This document shows positions 9,548-18,582 of a stretch of DNA of 46,297 bases, piece after piece. Below the pieces are notes generated by a model, which made no database searches, was not told the origin of the DNA, and saw only the letters and a program-made list of their open reading frames with translations. The DNA comes from a virus (lineage: Duplodnaviria > Caudoviricetes), in IMG/VR virus record IMGVR_UViG_3300005758_000030, positions 1 through 46,297 of that record; one strand, given 5' to 3'. The position numbers and the translations under genes are program-made. Within the stretch, counting starts at the first letter, position 1. Every line of letters starts with the position of its first letter.

Positions 9548-11201
9548 GCAGGGCGAAAGCCACAGAGAGTTTAAAAAGAGAATGATTGATCCGGTATCAG
9601 AATCATTCTGTGCAGCTAAATGGCTTAACGCTACTATTTGGCTTGGCCATGGTGGTACAGCAAGTTGCCATCACCCACCTGCACATAACGTTGACATTGC
9701 TGAACTAAAAGACAACCCTAGTGCTATTCACAACACTAAGCATAAGAAAAAGATGCGTGAGATGATGCTTGAAGGTAAGCGTCCTAAGGAATGTGAATAC
9801 TGCTGGAAGATCGAGGACATGGGCAAAGATGCTGACGGCAACGAGCCTGTAAGTGACCGCACATACAAGACTGTTATCTATGATGATGAGGACATTAAGC
9901 GTATTGCTAAACTTAATCCTAACGAAGACGTTAATCTTAAAACACTAGAGATTGCTTTTAACCGTACATGTCAGTTTGCTTGCTCATATTGTAACCCAGC
10001 GTTTTCATCTACATGGGTTAAGGACATTCGTAACAATGGTGGCTATCATAATATCCGCAGCGATGCCCGCGGCCACTTTATTGACGATGCACCATATGCA
10101 GAACCTTTTACTCGCGACGAGTTTAACCCTTATGTAGATGCATTTTGGCGTTGGTGGCCTACACTTAGCCAAGAGCTAGAAGAAATTCGTGTTACGGGTG
10201 GCGAACCTACAATGACTCCGGACATCTACAAACTGTTTGATTGGTTTAAGGAAAATTCTGACACACCACAAGCACAGAAAATGCGTCTGGCTATCAACAG
10301 TAACTTAGGTTCAAAGAAAGAGCTTATTGACAAACTAATTGATGGTACACAGCACATCAATCGCTTTCACTTGTACACCAGTTGCGAAGCATACGGTCCA
10401 CAAGCTGAATATATTCGTGATGGATTAAATTGGGATGAGTGGACACACAACTTTGAGCGTATCTGCAAGGAAGCTCGTGTAGAAGGTCTTCATATGATGA
10501 TGACCATCAATGCATTGTGTTTAGATACTATTGTAGACTTCTTTAACTGGATGCTGGAAATGAAACGCAAGTATGGACATAATCGTCCTGGCTTTACTTG
10601 TAACATTCTACGCTTCCCCAGCTTTCAAAGTCCACTAACACTACCTGACGAGTTACGCAAAAAGTATCACGATCAAATTTTTAATTGGCTTAAAGAAGTA
10701 CGTGATCGCGACGAGCGCGATGCTAAGGGTATGCATCTTGTACAACCTTGGGAGCAGGATCAAGTAAGTCGTCTAATTGAATACTTGGACGTTGTTAAGA
10801 CTCCTCACCGTAATACTGCTGATCGTGAATTACTAGAGCATGACTTTAAAGTATTCTACGAGCAGTACGATGCACGTCGTGGCAAGGACTTCCGTAAGAC
10901 ATTTCCTAATCTTGTAGAGTTCTACGACAGCATTAAAGTTATTCCGTTAACTAAACCTGAAGCTGATATTCAGCAGCCTAAGGATGCATCTATCTATGCA
11001 CATCGTACTGTGAGCGAAGATGGTGAAGTAGTAGTACAGGGTATTCGTCATCGTAAGACAGGCGAAAGTATGGAATGGTATGATAATCCACTTGATCCGG
11101 AAGCTCGTGCAGAAGTATTAAAAAAGATTGGCGGTAGTAGCATTGGTTGGGATACTGAAGTTGACGGGCTAGGTGGTACTGAAGACGATGAGAATCGTTA
11201 A
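9537..11201 (+). CDS. Radical SAM protein with N-terminal twitch domain (2)
   Basis: CQFACSYC, TGGEP, FCAAKW...SCHH...CEYCW; close paralog of 7266-8801. Confidence 0.9.
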   Translation: MGRKQGESHREFKKRMIDPVSESFCAAKWLNATIWLGHGGTASCHHPPAHNVDIAELKDNPSAIHNTKHKKKMREMMLEGKRPKECEYCWKIEDMGKDADGNEPVSDRTYKTVIYDDEDIKRIAKLNPNEDVNLKTLEIAFNRTCQFACSYCNPAFSSTWVKDIRNNGGYHNIRSDARGHFIDDAPYAEPFTRDEFNPYVDAFWRWWPTLSQELEEIRVTGGEPTMTPDIYKLFDWFKENSDTPQAQKMRLAINSNLGSKKELIDKLIDGTQHINRFHLYTSCEAYGPQAEYIRDGLNWDEWTHNFERICKEARVEGLHMMMTINALCLDTIVDFFNWMLEMKRKYGHNRPGFTCNILRFPSFQSPLTLPDELRKKYHDQIFNWLKEVRDRDERDAKGMHLVQPWEQDQVSRLIEYLDVVKTPHRNTADRELLEHDFKVFYEQYDARRGKDFRKTFPNLVEFYDSIKVIPLTKPEADIQQPKDASIYAHRTVSEDGEVVVQGIRHRKTGESMEWYDNPLDPEARAEVLKKIGGSSIGWDTEVDGLGGTEDDENR

Positions 11202-11937
11202 CACATCTACTAAAGAAGCCATAGTATCTATGCCGCGAGTAGGCACTTGGACCTTGGTTAAATTCTTTAACAATCTAAATCCTACTGATACTAACTGGGT
11301 ACACTATAATGAAAAGGAAGGATTTATGTACGATATAGATCCTGCTAACCCAGACTGTTTTAAAGATAAGATGTGTTATCATGATTGGAAAATAACTGTC
11401 GTGGTGCGAGATCCGTGGCAACGATATGTTAGTGGTGTATGTGAAGTGTTATTTGGCGGCAGCGCAACAGGATTTTTTCCTGTTAGAGCTGCCAATGACA
11501 AAGACTTTTCTAGAGCCAGCTTGTCATATGAAAAACATACAAATACAGAGTTAAAACTGTTTTATGTTAGTGATACACTAAGAGCTGACTATAATTTTAT
11601 TCGCGGCACATTAGAAAATATGTATGCATTTTGCAATTACGATATCAGCTTGAATGATAACATGCACACACGAAACTGGCTTAAAAATATTGCACATGCT
11701 GTGAGATCAGGAGAAAACATACAGGTTGTTGATATTTTATCAATTGAGCAATATCTAAAACAGCAATGGCCAAAAACTCACTTTGACTCATATAATGTAA
11801 CCCCTTCTAATCTTAAGAGCAACGTTGAACGAGCATTAGGCGACATGTTGGTACACAACAAGATTTTTAGAAACAGAATTGAAGAATATATCGATCAAGA
11901 AATAAGTAGATACAAATCATTAATTAATGTTACATGA
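11188..11937 (+). CDS. Sulfotransferase family 2-like protein
   Basis: 5'-PSB-like MPRVGTWTL and 3'-PB-like VVRDPWQRYVSG motifs. Confidence 0.55.
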   Translation: MRIVNTSTKEAIVSMPRVGTWTLVKFFNNLNPTDTNWVHYNEKEGFMYDIDPANPDCFKDKMCYHDWKITVVVRDPWQRYVSGVCEVLFGGSATGFFPVRAANDKDFSRASLSYEKHTNTELKLFYVSDTLRADYNFIRGTLENMYAFCNYDISLNDNMHTRNWLKNIAHAVRSGENIQVVDILSIEQYLKQQWPKTHFDSYNVTPSNLKSNVERALGDMLVHNKIFRNRIEEYIDQEISRYKSLINVT

Positions 11938-11943
11938 ATTTCG

Positions 11944-12696
11944 ATGACCAAATTATATGCAAACATCAGTATAGATCATCAAAATCAAAGTCATATTCTA
12001 GAAGGTAGAATAGTGACTGCGGCTCAGTGTAATGCTGATGCAGTAGTGATACATAAGACCACACCAGGATTGATAATACCTGAAGAAAAAAAATATGTGC
12101 CTGTGAGTAGTCGATGGGGTACATTATCCTATATTGATTTTGCAAAACGCTGCGAACTAGACGATAGCACAGTAGATCATGTTATTCAACTGTGTGAACG
12201 AATTGGCATACCTATAATTTGGTGCGTAACAGACAATACCAGTGCAGAATATATAAAAGATCATACAAATGCCAGCACGATAAAAATTCACAGCAATGCT
12301 ATTAATATACATGAGTTAGCTGTGTTCTGTTCAAACAATTTTGAATATGTAATATATCCACACAGTTTAGAGGAATACACACTTTCGCGTTATACAAAAA
12401 GCAAAGATAAAAATAAGTATTCGCTGTACTACACTCCTACCGGCGACAGTGTTAATTTAGAAACACTAAATTTTAAAACACTAAACAGTTTAAAACATTC
12501 CCATTTGAATGTTGGTTACGAAAGTAGAACCAACACGCTGTTCCCTTGTGTGGCCACTGCATACAAAGACATAGAATATATTGAAAAATATCTAGGTGAC
12601 AATGATAACAGCAATGATAGTGTTATGAATCCTCAGCAAATGTATGATCTATACAAAAATTTAGAAATACTAGAGATCGCAGATGGGCAAGAATAA
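11944..12696 (+). CDS. Divergent N-acetylneuraminate synthase (NeuB/SpsE)-like protein
   Basis: AAQCNADAV, LCERIGI, VGYESRT and YIEKY echo NeuB motifs (AGADAVKFQ, GYSDHT, IEKH), but the His/Lys residues are altered. Confidence 0.5.
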   Translation: MTKLYANISIDHQNQSHILEGRIVTAAQCNADAVVIHKTTPGLIIPEEKKYVPVSSRWGTLSYIDFAKRCELDDSTVDHVIQLCERIGIPIIWCVTDNTSAEYIKDHTNASTIKIHSNAINIHELAVFCSNNFEYVIYPHSLEEYTLSRYTKSKDKNKYSLYYTPTGDSVNLETLNFKTLNSLKHSHLNVGYESRTNTLFPCVATAYKDIEYIEKYLGDNDNSNDSVMNPQQMYDLYKNLEILEIADGQE

Positions 12697-12904
12697 CACA
12701 TTGGATCTGCACGGCGTAAGACATCACGAAGTAGATCGGTTAGTTGAAAACTTTATATTCATGAATCAAAATCATGCTCCGCTCACAATTATCTGCGGCA
12801 ACAGCCAAAAAATGATAGATATTGTATATAAAGTAATTGATCGTATTAAAATTCGCATGGTACACATGGACCAGTACGGTGTAATCAAAATTTTAAAAAT
12901 ATAG
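12683..12904 (+). CDS. Stand-alone Smr-like domain protein
   Basis: LDLHG and IICGNS motifs; 73 aa. Confidence 0.65.
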   Translation: MGKNNTLDLHGVRHHEVDRLVENFIFMNQNHAPLTIICGNSQKMIDIVYKVIDRIKIRMVHMDQYGVIKILKI

Positions 12905-12912
12905 GAACTACT

Positions 12913-13578
12913 ATGCAATTTGATATAGATATGAGCAGAGGCAAGGATAAAGCAGCATCTGATAGTTATTTGACAATGCTTGCTGAAAACTATTTTAATG
13001 TTGCTCGAGATAAAACTGTACTGGAAATAGCTGCACATGCTGGCGCACATACTTCAGCATTACTGGTTAATGATCCTAAAAAAATTATTTGTGTTGAACC
13101 AGATCCTGTCTCATGCAATTACAGTATCTTTAAAAATCCTAAGATAGAATTTCATTCTTGTACTGCAAACGATTATTATAAGCATCACAGTGAAAAAGTA
13201 GATGTTGTTACTTGCTTTGGTTTGTTTTATCATCTGCACAGCCCATTTCATTTAGTTGAACAAATTGTAAATTACAGCGACCCTACGCATATTATAATTG
13301 AAACTTTATGGCAAGGTGATACAACTATAACCAACGAGAATAACAGTTACAAAGAGCTTTTGGTAATTAATCACGAAGAGCCCAATGCTGCTGGTAACTT
13401 CTTTAAAGACGCAGGCGTAACACGACCAGTGAAGCTGAACATTGAGATTGATTATAAGTACATACGACAGGCTTTTATAGATGCAGGTTATCGTGTTATC
13501 AATGAAACAGTATATCACGGAAAATACAATCTAGATTCTAAACAAGGCGCCGCGGTTACACTATTTGAAAAACTATGA
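12913..13578 (+). CDS. Class I SAM-dependent methyltransferase
   Basis: VLEIAAHAG motif I, CVEP, DVVTCFGLFYHLHSP. Confidence 0.8.
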   Translation: MQFDIDMSRGKDKAASDSYLTMLAENYFNVARDKTVLEIAAHAGAHTSALLVNDPKKIICVEPDPVSCNYSIFKNPKIEFHSCTANDYYKHHSEKVDVVTCFGLFYHLHSPFHLVEQIVNYSDPTHIIIETLWQGDTTITNENNSYKELLVINHEEPNAAGNFFKDAGVTRPVKLNIEIDYKYIRQAFIDAGYRVINETVYHGKYNLDSKQGAAVTLFEKL

Positions 13579-14984
13579 CAAACAGAATTAAACCTATTTG
13601 GGAACACGGACGTATGAGTCCCGAGTCGCCTAACAAAACATTTTGTATGGCACCATGGACGCACACTTACATTAGTCCGCAAAGCGAACGTCGTATGTGT
13701 TGTGCTAGTCGCGAAGAACACATGATGCAGCGTCAGTATATTGATGCTAGCAATGATAAAAGCACAGGTAAATACAAAGAAGTTGGAACTATAGCTGATT
13801 ACAAGCCCATCAGTCTCGCTGAACATTGGAACAGCGAGTATATGAAGGACATTCGCAAAAAGCTAATGGCCGGCGAAACAATACCACAATGCGCTGTGTG
13901 CAATGACAGCATTCTAAGTCAAAGCACATATCGTCAGTGGTTCACAGGGCATCTATTTAAAGATAAAATAGAACAAGCCTTTGAGGAGACCGATGATGAT
14001 GGCTATACTACTATGCCTCCTATTAGTTTTGATTATAGGGTCAGTAATCTATGCAACTTTAAGTGTAGAATGTGCGGAGAACCCCTCAGCTCAAGCTGGG
14101 AATCAGAAAAGCGAAAACACGGACTCTGGAGTCCAGAACATCAACCCTTTATGGTCCCGGAGAATAAGGCTGTCATTGATCGATTCCAAAAAGAAGTTGT
14201 AGAGGAAGAGTTCTGGGCAGCAATTTGCAGCGGTGTAGTTGAAGAAATCTACTGGGTAGGTGGCGAGCCATTAATGTACGACATACATTGGCGTGCTATG
14301 GATCGTCTTGCAGAAGATAACAATCTACGCAAAGTACACCTACGCTATAACAGTAACCTAAGCCGTGTGCGTTTTGGCAAGCACTATTTGTATGATTGGC
14401 TACCACAGGCCAAAGACTGGACTATGTGTGCCAGCATTGACGGCACAGGTAAGATTGGCGAGTTTATTCGCACAGGACTTAAATGGGACCAGTGGGATCA
14501 AAACTTCCGTGAGGGTGTAGCACTACCCGGCGGTAAAGATCGTATGCTTATGGATCTAACGCTAACAGGACCCGGCATGTTTGATCTTAAGAACTTTTTT
14601 GATTATGCACTAGAGCTAGACGTTAAGATTGAAACCAAGCGCATGTTTGCATTTCACCCTGACATTGTGTTTAGTCCTATGGCATGGCCACGTCATATAC
14701 TGAATCGCATTGTAAATGATAATTTAGAGTATATTAGACCCCGTGCTACTCACAAGCAGCAGACTCTAATACGCGAATTAGAAAACATGTTGGTAACACC
14801 CACGTTCCAGGAACAATGGCCTGATCAAGCTGAAGAAATGTTCTTTAAGGGACGTAACTGGCAGAACAAGATTGCAGATATTCGCAGCAGCGAAGGCAGC
14901 ACCCGCATTGAACACATATATGCAGCTGACCCTGAACTGCACGAGTGGTGGATGCGTCTAGACCCTAAGCACAATCAGGGCTGA
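13575..14984 (+). CDS. Radical SAM protein with N-terminal twitch domain (3)
   Basis: CNFKCRMC, VGGEPL, FCMAPW...MCC...CAVC. Confidence 0.9.
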   Translation: MTNRIKPIWEHGRMSPESPNKTFCMAPWTHTYISPQSERRMCCASREEHMMQRQYIDASNDKSTGKYKEVGTIADYKPISLAEHWNSEYMKDIRKKLMAGETIPQCAVCNDSILSQSTYRQWFTGHLFKDKIEQAFEETDDDGYTTMPPISFDYRVSNLCNFKCRMCGEPLSSSWESEKRKHGLWSPEHQPFMVPENKAVIDRFQKEVVEEEFWAAICSGVVEEIYWVGGEPLMYDIHWRAMDRLAEDNNLRKVHLRYNSNLSRVRFGKHYLYDWLPQAKDWTMCASIDGTGKIGEFIRTGLKWDQWDQNFREGVALPGGKDRMLMDLTLTGPGMFDLKNFFDYALELDVKIETKRMFAFHPDIVFSPMAWPRHILNRIVNDNLEYIRPRATHKQQTLIRELENMLVTPTFQEQWPDQAEEMFFKGRNWQNKIADIRSSEGSTRIEHIYAADPELHEWWMRLDPKHNQG

Positions 14985-15016
14985 TATCAAAAAAATTTTA
15001 GCCATAAAAAATCTCC

Positions 15017-15024
15017 GATAAATA
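15017..15024 (+). promoter_or_regulatory. Late promoter-like GATAAATA
   Basis: Intergenic, upstream of the AGGAGA RBS of the dehydrogenase. Confidence 0.6.
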
Positions 15025-15073
15025 ACAGCGTACTTTATAAAAAGTACTTTAGTTAACATATTAGGAGAAACAA

Positions 15074-16396
15074 ATGGCCTCAATCGGATTTATCGGAGTG
15101 GGCAAGCTAGGACAAGCCTGCGCCGAGATGGTCGCCGAGGTCCATGATGTTGTAGGTTACGATATTTCTCCCCGTCAGCCAGAAAACTTTAAGATGGTTC
15201 CCACCTTAGAGCAGGCTGTACAGGGACGTGATATTGTATTCATTGCTGTGGAAACACCGCATGACCCACAATATGATGGCAAGGCACCAACCAGCCATTT
15301 ACCCAACAAAGACTTTGACTACACAGTGGTCAAGGATGTTCTGCGTCAGGTAAATGCTGTTGCAACACCATCTCAGTTAATTGTTCTAATTTCAACAGTA
15401 CTACCTGGTACAGTAAGACGTGAGTTGATTCCACTTATCCCCAACGCACGTTTCGTTTACAACCCATATCTCATTGCTATGGGTACAGTAAAATGGGATA
15501 TGGTCAATCCAGAAATGGTTATGATCGGTACCGAAGACGGCAGCGAAACCGGCGATGCAAAACAGCTTGTGGACTTCTACAAGACCATCATGCAGAACGA
15601 TCCTCGCTATGTAATCGGTACTTGGGACGAGTGCGAGTGTATTAAGGTATTTTATAATACATTCATCAGTGCCAAGGTCAGCCTAGTAAACATGATTCAA
15701 GACGTAGCTGAAAAGCAGGGCAACATCAATGCGGAACTGGTGTGTGATGCTCTTGCTGCCAGTGATCGTCGTATCATGGGCCCAGGCTATATGAAACCAG
15801 GCATGGGCGATGGCGGTGCATGTCATCCACGCGATAACATTGCACTACGTTGGATGGCAGATAATCTAGGCCTAGGCTATGACCTATTTGACGCTGTTAT
15901 GCACAGCCGAGAAGTACAGGCAAAGAACATGGCAGCGATGTTGGTTGAACTAAGCCAAGCAGGGCGTGGTGTTACACCAGACCTACCAGTGGTTATTATT
16001 GGTAAAGCCTACAAGCCCTTGGTACCCTATGAAGCAGGTAGTGCCAGCATGTTAGTTGGACACTATGTAACTGAGATGGGCAGCGAACTGTACTATCTAG
16101 ACGAAGTGATTGGAGAGTCACCCGGACCAGAAGTATTAAGCAAACCCGCTGTATATCTACTGGCACACAATCCACAGATCACCTATGGTGAGCAGTTGGA
16201 CTTTGTGAAAGGTTGGTACAATGATCATCGTGTAACAGGTGCAGACGAAGCTCTAACAGTAGCAACTGCAAATGGTACAGCATTGAACTTTGCCCCAGGC
16301 AGCGTAGTAGTAGATCCATGGCGCAAGACTCCCAACACCATCCCCGGTGTAAGAGTCATACACTATGGTAACACTCGCAAGGAATCACCTCGCTGA
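15074..16396 (+). CDS. ugd: UDP-glucose/GDP-mannose 6-dehydrogenase family
   Basis: GVGKLG Rossmann motif, FIAVETP, STVLPGT, KVFYNTF and GGACHPRD with the catalytic Cys. Confidence 0.9.
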   Translation: MASIGFIGVGKLGQACAEMVAEVHDVVGYDISPRQPENFKMVPTLEQAVQGRDIVFIAVETPHDPQYDGKAPTSHLPNKDFDYTVVKDVLRQVNAVATPSQLIVLISTVLPGTVRRELIPLIPNARFVYNPYLIAMGTVKWDMVNPEMVMIGTEDGSETGDAKQLVDFYKTIMQNDPRYVIGTWDECECIKVFYNTFISAKVSLVNMIQDVAEKQGNINAELVCDALAASDRRIMGPGYMKPGMGDGGACHPRDNIALRWMADNLGLGYDLFDAVMHSREVQAKNMAAMLVELSQAGRGVTPDLPVVIIGKAYKPLVPYEAGSASMLVGHYVTEMGSELYYLDEVIGESPGPEVLSKPAVYLLAHNPQITYGEQLDFVKGWYNDHRVTGADEALTVATANGTALNFAPGSVVVDPWRKTPNTIPGVRVIHYGNTRKESPR

Positions 16397-16504
16397 GCCA
16401 GTATGTTAACAGAGTAGTTAACACCCAGTTGGGGAGGGGGAATACTCTCTCCCCATACTGCGGCGAAGCCGCCCTTAAAAAAATTTTTTCTAGCAGTCTC
16501 AAAC

Positions 16505-16681
16505 ATGAAAAAGACCACAATAAAGCCCCTAAAGCGCAACTTGTTTAGATCAAATCTAAAGCCTAGAACAGAACAGCGTCTTACACTATTGGGCGCTATA
16601 TTAATTGTTATACTGCTATACGGTGTAGTTGAGAGTTTAGATCAATACTCTAATACTAATAACACGGAACAACAGCCATGA
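16505..16681 (+). CDS. Small membrane protein (58 aa, not in track)
   Basis: MKKTTIKPLKRNLFRSNLKPRTEQRLTLLGAILIVILLYGVVESLDQYSNTNNTEQQP; ATGA-coupled to the next ORF. Confidence 0.55.
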   Translation: MKKTTIKPLKRNLFRSNLKPRTEQRLTLLGAILIVILLYGVVESLDQYSNTNNTEQQP

Positions 16682-16845
16682 GCGAATCAGATAGTTGGAT
16701 GTATGCTCGTATAGCAGAATTAGAAGCAAGACTAGAATTAGCTAATAAAGCGTTGTGGGCCGCAGAACAGCGTATAAGAGAATTAGAGTCTAATAAAGAA
16801 ACCTACGAAGACTATATACAGCGTATACAAGATGATCTCAAATAG
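16678..16845 (+). CDS. Small coiled-coil protein (55 aa, not in track)
   Basis: MSESDSWMYARIAELEARLELANKALWAAEQRIRELESNKETYEDYIQRIQDDLK; heptad pattern. Confidence 0.6.
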   Translation: MSESDSWMYARIAELEARLELANKALWAAEQRIRELESNKETYEDYIQRIQDDLK

Positions 16846-16864
16846 CACACACAAGAAGATTCAA

Positions 16865-17026
16865 ATGAGCAAAATCAAAATTATGAGCAATCAAAATAAC
16901 CCGCAAATCCCTGGTCCACTGAGTCTTAGCAAAACAGCCACCAGGGTAGGCATTGTGTTAGTTGCGGCAGTTGCAGTAGTTGCTATGAACGCTGCTATAA
17001 CGTATATACAAGGATTATGGCAATGA
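16865..17026 (+). CDS. Small membrane protein
   Basis: Hydrophobic VGIVLVAAVAVVAMNAAITYI; start may be 16865 or 16883. Confidence 0.5.
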   Translation: MSKIKIMSNQNNPQIPGPLSLSKTATRVGIVLVAAVAVVAMNAAITYIQGLWQ

Positions 17027-17172
17027 TCAACAAAATAACACAGTTTCTCAAAGATCTAGCATTAGTAACCCTAATACTAGCAGTGGGTACAGTAGCATTT
17101 ATAGCAGTGAGTCCCTGGATACTAGCAGCATACTTGCGTAACCGTAAACAACCACAACATGAAGTACTATAA
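17023..17172 (+). CDS. Small membrane protein (49 aa, not in track)
   Basis: MINKITQFLKDLALVTLILAVGTVAFIAVSPWILAAYLRNRKQPQHEVL; ATGA overlap with the previous ORF. Confidence 0.55.
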   Translation: MINKITQFLKDLALVTLILAVGTVAFIAVSPWILAAYLRNRKQPQHEVL

Positions 17173-17321
17173 CAGAACTATGCGTGATTCAATGACACAA
17201 AGGGAATTTGATGTAGAATCTGGACAAGCCGCCCCAAGCTGGTCCACCCCACCTTCACAAAAGAGCCACCTGGGTCACCAAATTTCACTCGCGAGAAAAA
17301 AATTTTTAAAGAGCCGATCCT

Positions 17322-18578
17322 ATGACAAAGTCTAACACATACTGTGCTCTACCATGGATACACTTGGGTACACACCCACATGGAGGGGTTACACCCTGTT
17401 GTATTAGTGATATGACTGGGGGTAAGAACCGTGCTCGCAACTATACTGCTAGTAATGATCAGTTCCTTAACTTAAACGAGCATAGTATAGATGCTCATAT
17501 GAACAGTGATTACTATAAGCAAATAAGATTAGAAATGCTGCGGGGAGATAAGCCTGCTGCATGTATGAGGTGTTATGAAGAAGAGTCTAAGGGTATCATA
17601 TCGAAACGGCAATACGAACAAACGCAATATCCTGATAGGGATTATAGATGGGCTAGCAGTACTACTGCTGATGACGGTGCTATTAATACCAGTCTTGAGT
17701 TTGTTGAGCTTCGTCTTGGTAATGTATGCAATGTCCAGTGTCGTACATGTAACCCAGCGAGCAGTAGCAAGTGGCGTCGCGACTATGAAGAAGTTGTTGA
17801 AAAGCTAGAGTTTGTTAATGATGGCTACAGTTGGCTGGATCACCGTCGGGACTTTAAATGGCCCGAAAGTGACAGCTTCTATGAGGATCTGTATGAGTGT
17901 GCGCCTCATATGCGTGTGCTGTATATAAATGGTGGGGAGCCTACACTGATCAAAGCACATTGGCGTTACCTGCGTAAGCTGGTAGACTCGGGTCGCAGCA
18001 AAGACATAGTGTTATGGTATAACATTAACATGACTAACTTGCCTGATGAAGCTCGGGAGTTGTGGGGTGCGTTTAAAGAAACACGACTGTGTGCTAGCGT
18101 AGATGACATTGAACTACGCAATCATTACATACGCTATCCCACATTCTGGAGTGATGTTAAGACCAATCTAAACACAGTATTAGAGTGGAGTCGTGCTTGT
18201 CCAAGTATAGTTGTGCGTATTACCACAACTGTTAGTGCATACAACTTTCCCTATTTGGATCTGTTCTTGCAGTGGGCGCCCTGTCCTGTGGATCTAAACT
18301 ATGTGTATGATCCTCATTACCTGAGTCCTGCTGTGCTGCATCCAGATATACGAGCTCGCATATTTGATCGCTATAGGGTTACTATGGGCAACGATCCACA
18401 CTTGGGCTCACTGTTAAGCATGTACAACAACAGCGAATGGAATCCGGAACATTGGACACAGTTCTGCCGCTACAATGCTGTATTGGATGCTCAGCGCGGT
18501 GCTGTTACGTGGGATCGTGTGTATCCGGACATGGTTGCGCTGTGCGATGAATTGAACATTAAGTGGGATTATAAATAA
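17322..18578 (+). CDS. Radical SAM protein with N-terminal twitch domain (4)
   Basis: CNVQCRTC, NGGEPT, YCALPW...PCC...CMRC. Confidence 0.9.
   Translation: MTKSNTYCALPWIHLGTHPHGGVTPCCISDMTGGKNRARNYTASNDQFLNLNEHSIDAHMNSDYYKQIRLEMLRGDKPAACMRCYEEESKGIISKRQYEQTQYPDRDYRWASSTTADDGAINTSLEFVELRLGNVCNVQCRTCNPASSSKWRRDYEEVVEKLEFVNDGYSWLDHRRDFKWPESDSFYEDLYECAPHMRVLYINGGEPTLIKAHWRYLRKLVDSGRSKDIVLWYNINMTNLPDEARELWGAFKETRLCASVDDIELRNHYIRYPTFWSDVKTNLNTVLEWSRACPSIVVRITTTVSAYNFPYLDLFLQWAPCPVDLNYVYDPHYLSPAVLHPDIRARIFDRYRVTMGNDPHLGSLLSMYNNSEWNPEHWTQFCRYNAVLDAQRGAVTWDRVYPDMVALCDELNIKWDYK
18570..18577 (+). promoter_or_regulatory. T4-type late promoter TATAAATA
   Basis: Exact consensus 5 nt before ATG 18583, so a probable leaderless transcript. 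Confidence 0.6.
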
Positions 18579-18582
18579 AGCT

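Noticed and set aside
16404-16423. CtrA binding box
   Set aside because: Spacing is TTAA-N8-TTAA, not the canonical N7.
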